A DNA stretch of 61,315 bases, filler included. It is 6 parts of 6 records of this genome, joined end to end, with 100 filler letters (N's around TTAATTAATTAA, not from the genome) between each part and the next. Parts side by side here need not be neighbours in the genome. Positions count along the whole stretch, not along the records: positions 53,482 to 61,315 come from SRR31156797_26598; 5 more parts are not named here. The stretch is one strand, 5' to 3'. The translations under genes were made by a program, and so were the position numbers. Shown here piece by piece: positions 58,416 through 61,315 of this stretch; the first letter of the stretch is position 1, and each line of letters begins with the position of its first letter. Below the pieces are notes generated by a model. That model was not told where the DNA came from. It did no database searches and saw nothing but the letters and a program-made list of their open reading frames with translations.

Positions 58416-59918
58416 ATCTTAAATTTCATCGACGCCCTGACCATCGGCCTTCCTGTGGTCCTGAAGCCCGAAATTATCCTGTTCGTCATCCTCGGCAGCC
58501 TGATCGGGCTGGTCGTCGGCGCCCTGCCGGGCCTGACCGGGGCGATGGCCGTCGCCGTCATGATTCCGCTGACCTACACCCTGTCTCCCGAACAGGCCTT
58601 CGCGCTGTTGCTGCCGGCCTATGCGGCGGGAACGTTCGGCGGATCGATCGGGGCTATCTTGCTCAATATCCCGGGTACCGGCGCCGCCATCATGACGGCT
58701 TTCGACGGCTACCCGATGCGCCTGCGCGGCGAGGCCGGACGGGCCATCGGGATTGCCGCCACCGCTTCGTTTTTCGGGGGCCTGGTCAGCGCCCTGTTCC
58801 TGGTTGCTGCCGCCCCGCTTGCGGCACGTTGGGCGATTCGTCTGGGTGCCCACGAATATTTCGTCGTTGCCCTGTTCGGGCTCGCCGTCATCGCCTACAT
58901 CAGCCCGTCGATTCTGAAGGGCCTGTTGGCCGGAGCCTTCGGACTGCTGCTGGCCTGCGTCGGCAACGACCCGGCCGGGGCCTATCCGCGGTTCACCTTT
59001 GATCAGCCGGCTCTGGTCGGCGGTTTGACTTTCGTTCCGGTGATGATCGGTCTGTTCGGCCTGGCCGAGGTATTCTGCGCCATCGAACAGCGTCTGGCCG
59101 CCCGCCAGCCCGTCCGCCAGAAGATCACCGGCGTTTTGAAAAGTTCGTGGGAAGTAATCCGGTTGTTTCCGGTGCTGATCCGATCGATCGTACTCGGCCT
59201 GTTCATCGGCGTTATGCCCGCATCGGGTCCAACCATCGGGTCGGTCGTATCCTATGGCACCGAGAAACGCATCGGCCGAAATCGCGATAAACTGGGGTCC
59301 GGCGCGCCGGAAGGCATTGTCGCCGCCGAAGCCGCCAACAACAGCGGCACCGGCGGCGCCTTGGTGCCGATGATCGCCCTCGGCATCCCGGGCGACGCGG
59401 TGACCGCCATCCTGATCGGCGCGCTGCTGATTCACGGATTGCAGCCGGGGCCGGCGCTTTTCATCGAACGTCCGGAACTGGTGTCCAGCCTTTTCCTGTT
59501 GTTCATCATGGGCAATTTCGTGTTCGTCGTCCTCGGACTTGTCGGCCTGCGCTTCCTGTTGCGGCTGATGGAAACGCCGCCCTGCTACATGATGCCGGTG
59601 GTGCTGGCGCTATGCGTCGTCGGCGCCTATGCGGCATCGAACAGCCTGTTCGACGTCGGCGTCCTTATGGCCTTCGGCATCGTCGGCTACGGCATGCGCA
59701 AGATCAAAATCCCGGTCGCCCCCATGGTCCTTGGATTCATCCTCGGCCCGTTGATCGAGGATAACCTGCGCCGCGCCCTTATCCTCGATGACGGCTCCCC
59801 CCTGGGCTTCCTGATGCACCCCTTCAGCGGCACCCTGCTGGTGCTGATCGTCATCATGTTAACGAGCCCGGCACTGGCCAAGCTGCTGGTCGGACGGTCC
59901 ATCAAACTGGAGGAATAA
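58416..59918 (+). CDS. tctA: TTT large permease subunit
   Basis: GALPGL, GGSI.AILLNIPGT, DGYPM, EAANN, LGIPGD and GLQPGP. The start is placed at the ATC at 58416, 7 nt after AAGGGAG, and is uncertain. Confidence 0.92.
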   Translation: MLNFIDALTIGLPVVLKPEIILFVILGSLIGLVVGALPGLTGAMAVAVMIPLTYTLSPEQAFALLLPAYAAGTFGGSIGAILLNIPGTGAAIMTAFDGYPMRLRGEAGRAIGIAATASFFGGLVSALFLVAAAPLAARWAIRLGAHEYFVVALFGLAVIAYISPSILKGLLAGAFGLLLACVGNDPAGAYPRFTFDQPALVGGLTFVPVMIGLFGLAEVFCAIEQRLAARQPVRQKITGVLKSSWEVIRLFPVLIRSIVLGLFIGVMPASGPTIGSVVSYGTEKRIGRNRDKLGSGAPEGIVAAEAANNSGTGGALVPMIALGIPGDAVTAILIGALLIHGLQPGPALFIERPELVSSLFLLFIMGNFVFVVLGLVGLRFLLRLMETPPCYMMPVVLALCVVGAYAASNSLFDVGVLMAFGIVGYGMRKIKIPVAPMVLGFILGPLIEDNLRRALILDDGSPLGFLMHPFSGTLLVLIVIMLTSPALAKLLVGRSIKLEE

Positions 59919-59921
59919 GCC

Positions 59922-60872
59922 ATGCCGGAACTTGTAACGCTTGGCGAAACCTGCGTCGTTCTGGTCGCCAAGAGGGACGGGCCGCTCCGGTATTCCACGG
60001 AATTCGAACGTCGCCCCGGCGGTGCCGAAAGCACGGTGGCGGCGGGCGTCGTCAGGTTGGGCCATTCGGCCGGTTGGATCAGCCGCCTGGGCGCCGACGA
60101 GTTCGGCCAATATATCCTGAGCGTGATGCGGGGCGAATGCGTCGACGTTTCCGCCGTTCAAACGGTTGAAGGCGCGCCGACCGGCGTGTTCTTCAGGGAA
60201 AGCCGTCCCGCCGGCGGATCCGCCGTCTTCTATTATCGCAAGGATTCGGCATTCGCCGGTTTTTCTCCCGACGACATCGACCAGGACTATATCGCAAAGG
60301 CCCGGATCCTTCACCTCACGGGCATCACCCTGGCGCTTTCGAAATCGTGCCGCAAAGCCGTCGAGAAAGCCGTCGACGTGGCCAAAGCCAACGGCGTCGT
60401 TGTCGTCTTCGATCCCAACTTCCGGGCCAAGATATGGGATGCGGAGGAGGCCCGGCCCCACCTTGAGGACATCATGCGCAAGGTCGATCACGTCCTCGCC
60501 GGGCGGGAAGACATCACGAAACTGACGGGAATCTCCGAGGACAGGAAAATTCTCCAATACCTGCACGGACAGGGCTTGTCTTCGGTTATCCTGAAGGTCG
60601 GCCCCGACGGCGCAATCCTTTCGACACCGGATGGCGTCGAGACCGTGCCCGGAAATCGCGCTGATCGGCCGGTCGATCGTTTCGGGGTCGGCGATTCGTT
60701 CGCCGCCGGCTTCATCACCGGGCTTCTCGACCACGTTTCCGTCAAGGAAGCCGTTGCCTTGGGAAACGCCGTCGCCGGCTGGTCGGTTCGCCTGCCCGGC
60801 AACATCGAAGCCCTTCCCACCCGCGACGAACTGCGACAAATGAAGAACGGCAACGGCTTCGTCTTCCGATAG
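59922..60872 (+). CDS. PfkB-family sugar kinase, KdgK-like
   Basis: LGE, GGAESTVA, LGADEFG, YYRKDSA, HLTGIT, FDPNFR and DRFGVGDSFAAG. Confidence 0.9.
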   Translation: MPELVTLGETCVVLVAKRDGPLRYSTEFERRPGGAESTVAAGVVRLGHSAGWISRLGADEFGQYILSVMRGECVDVSAVQTVEGAPTGVFFRESRPAGGSAVFYYRKDSAFAGFSPDDIDQDYIAKARILHLTGITLALSKSCRKAVEKAVDVAKANGVVVVFDPNFRAKIWDAEEARPHLEDIMRKVDHVLAGREDITKLTGISEDRKILQYLHGQGLSSVILKVGPDGAILSTPDGVETVPGNRADRPVDRFGVGDSFAAGFITGLLDHVSVKEAVALGNAVAGWSVRLPGNIEALPTRDELRQMKNGNGFVFR

Positions 60873-60894
60873 GTTTGGTCGGCCCGGTCAATTA

Positions 60895-60958
60895 ATTGTA
60901 CTTACAATCTGGCGGTCTCGACCCAAATGCATAATATTGACATGCATATTGTTGACAG
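60895..60958. promoter_or_regulatory. Candidate autoregulatory GntR boxes
   Basis: ATTGTACTTACAAT (60895-60908) and ATTGTTGACAG (60948-60958) resemble the boxes at 56691 and 56824. Confidence 0.55.
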
Positions 60959-60977
60959 CATGACGAAAGGGAACTTC

Positions 60978-61315
60978 ATGGACATCCGGGAATTGGCCGG
61001 ACAGTGGAACGAAAACCCGGTCGAGACCTCGCTTTTCCATCGACCTTCCGAACGCCGGCGCACCTTGTCGCTGGCCGAACAAATCGCCGAACAACTGGGC
61101 GAAACCATCCTGCAGGACGTCCTCAAGCCGGGCGATGCGATCACCGAACAAAGCGTTTCGGAACAGTTCTCGGTCAGCCGCGGTCCGGTTCGCGATGCCC
61201 TCAGGATTCTCGAAAAGGAGGGGTTGGTCGAGATCCTGCCCCGAAGGGGCGCCCGGGTTACACGCCTGACCATCAACGAGGTGGGCGACATCTTCGACAT
61301 TCGCGCCGTGCTTTT
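60978..61315 (+). CDS. GntR/FadR-family regulator (3' truncated); missing from the ORF track
   Basis: Manual translation gives ..LAEQIAEQLGETILQDVLKPGDAITEQSVSEQFSVSRGPVRDALRILEKEGLVEILPRRGARV.. The start is 60978 or 60960. Confidence 0.92.
   Translation, partial: MDIRELAGQWNENPVETSLFHRPSERRRTLSLAEQIAEQLGETILQDVLKPGDAITEQSVSEQFSVSRGPVRDALRILEKEGLVEILPRRGARVTRLTINEVGDIFDIRAVL

Noticed and set aside
53483-60839. Long alternative ORFs (53483-54901, 55562-56644, 56725-58287, 58419-59435, 59859-60839)
   Set aside because: Off-frame or antisense to recognisable genes in very GC-rich DNA, with low-information translations and no family motifs.
1-61315. CRISPR arrays, tRNA/rRNA genes and transposases
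   Set aside because: By eye I found no regularly spaced repeats, cloverleaf or rRNA-like stretch, or transposase motif. A tRNAscan/Infernal run would be needed to exclude small RNAs formally.

Overview
This window is not one continuous locus. It is six unrelated contigs joined by five identical 100-nt artificial linkers (N-run, TTAATTAATTAA, N-run), so nothing can be inferred across a junction. Taxon labels are inferred from protein style and base composition. (1) 1-13873, Desulfobacterota-like: GspE/PilB tail, HAD hydrolase, trypsin-like protease, LysM protein, HD and CBS proteins, a beta-barrel, a citrate synthase / isocitrate dehydrogenase / aconitase cluster, an MtaD-like deaminase, a RimK-like ATP-grasp and the start of a PBP. 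(2) 13974-24396, Bacteroidota-like: a tight four-gene operon of signal-peptide proteins (trimeric fibre, T9SS-tagged beta-propeller, TcB/SpvB-like YD protein, DUF6443-Rhs protein cut by the contig end). This is the best candidate for an undescribed system, possibly a T9SS-exported split Rhs-cocoon toxin with a fibre. (3) 24497-37325, Spirochaetota-like: nfnAB, then an ulaG/ulaDEF ascorbate-type regulon with an ABC transporter and FGGY kinase instead of a PTS, plus a URO-D-family enzyme. (4) 37426-45347, very low GC, probably Fusobacteriota: dehydrogenase, U32, pgpA, two-component pair, cinA, and a degenerate M23 lipoprotein. (5) 45448-53381, Methanosarcinaceae-like: GT4, tandem Cys-motif paralogues, CMD protein, EamA, VOC, orphan MtaC-like corrinoid protein and a PAS sensor. 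(6) 53482-61315, Alphaproteobacteria-like: ddpX and a GntR-controlled TTT transporter / KdgK-like kinase / DHDPS-family aldolase locus, in which tctA appears to start at ATC. I saw no rRNA, tRNA, CRISPR array or transposase.
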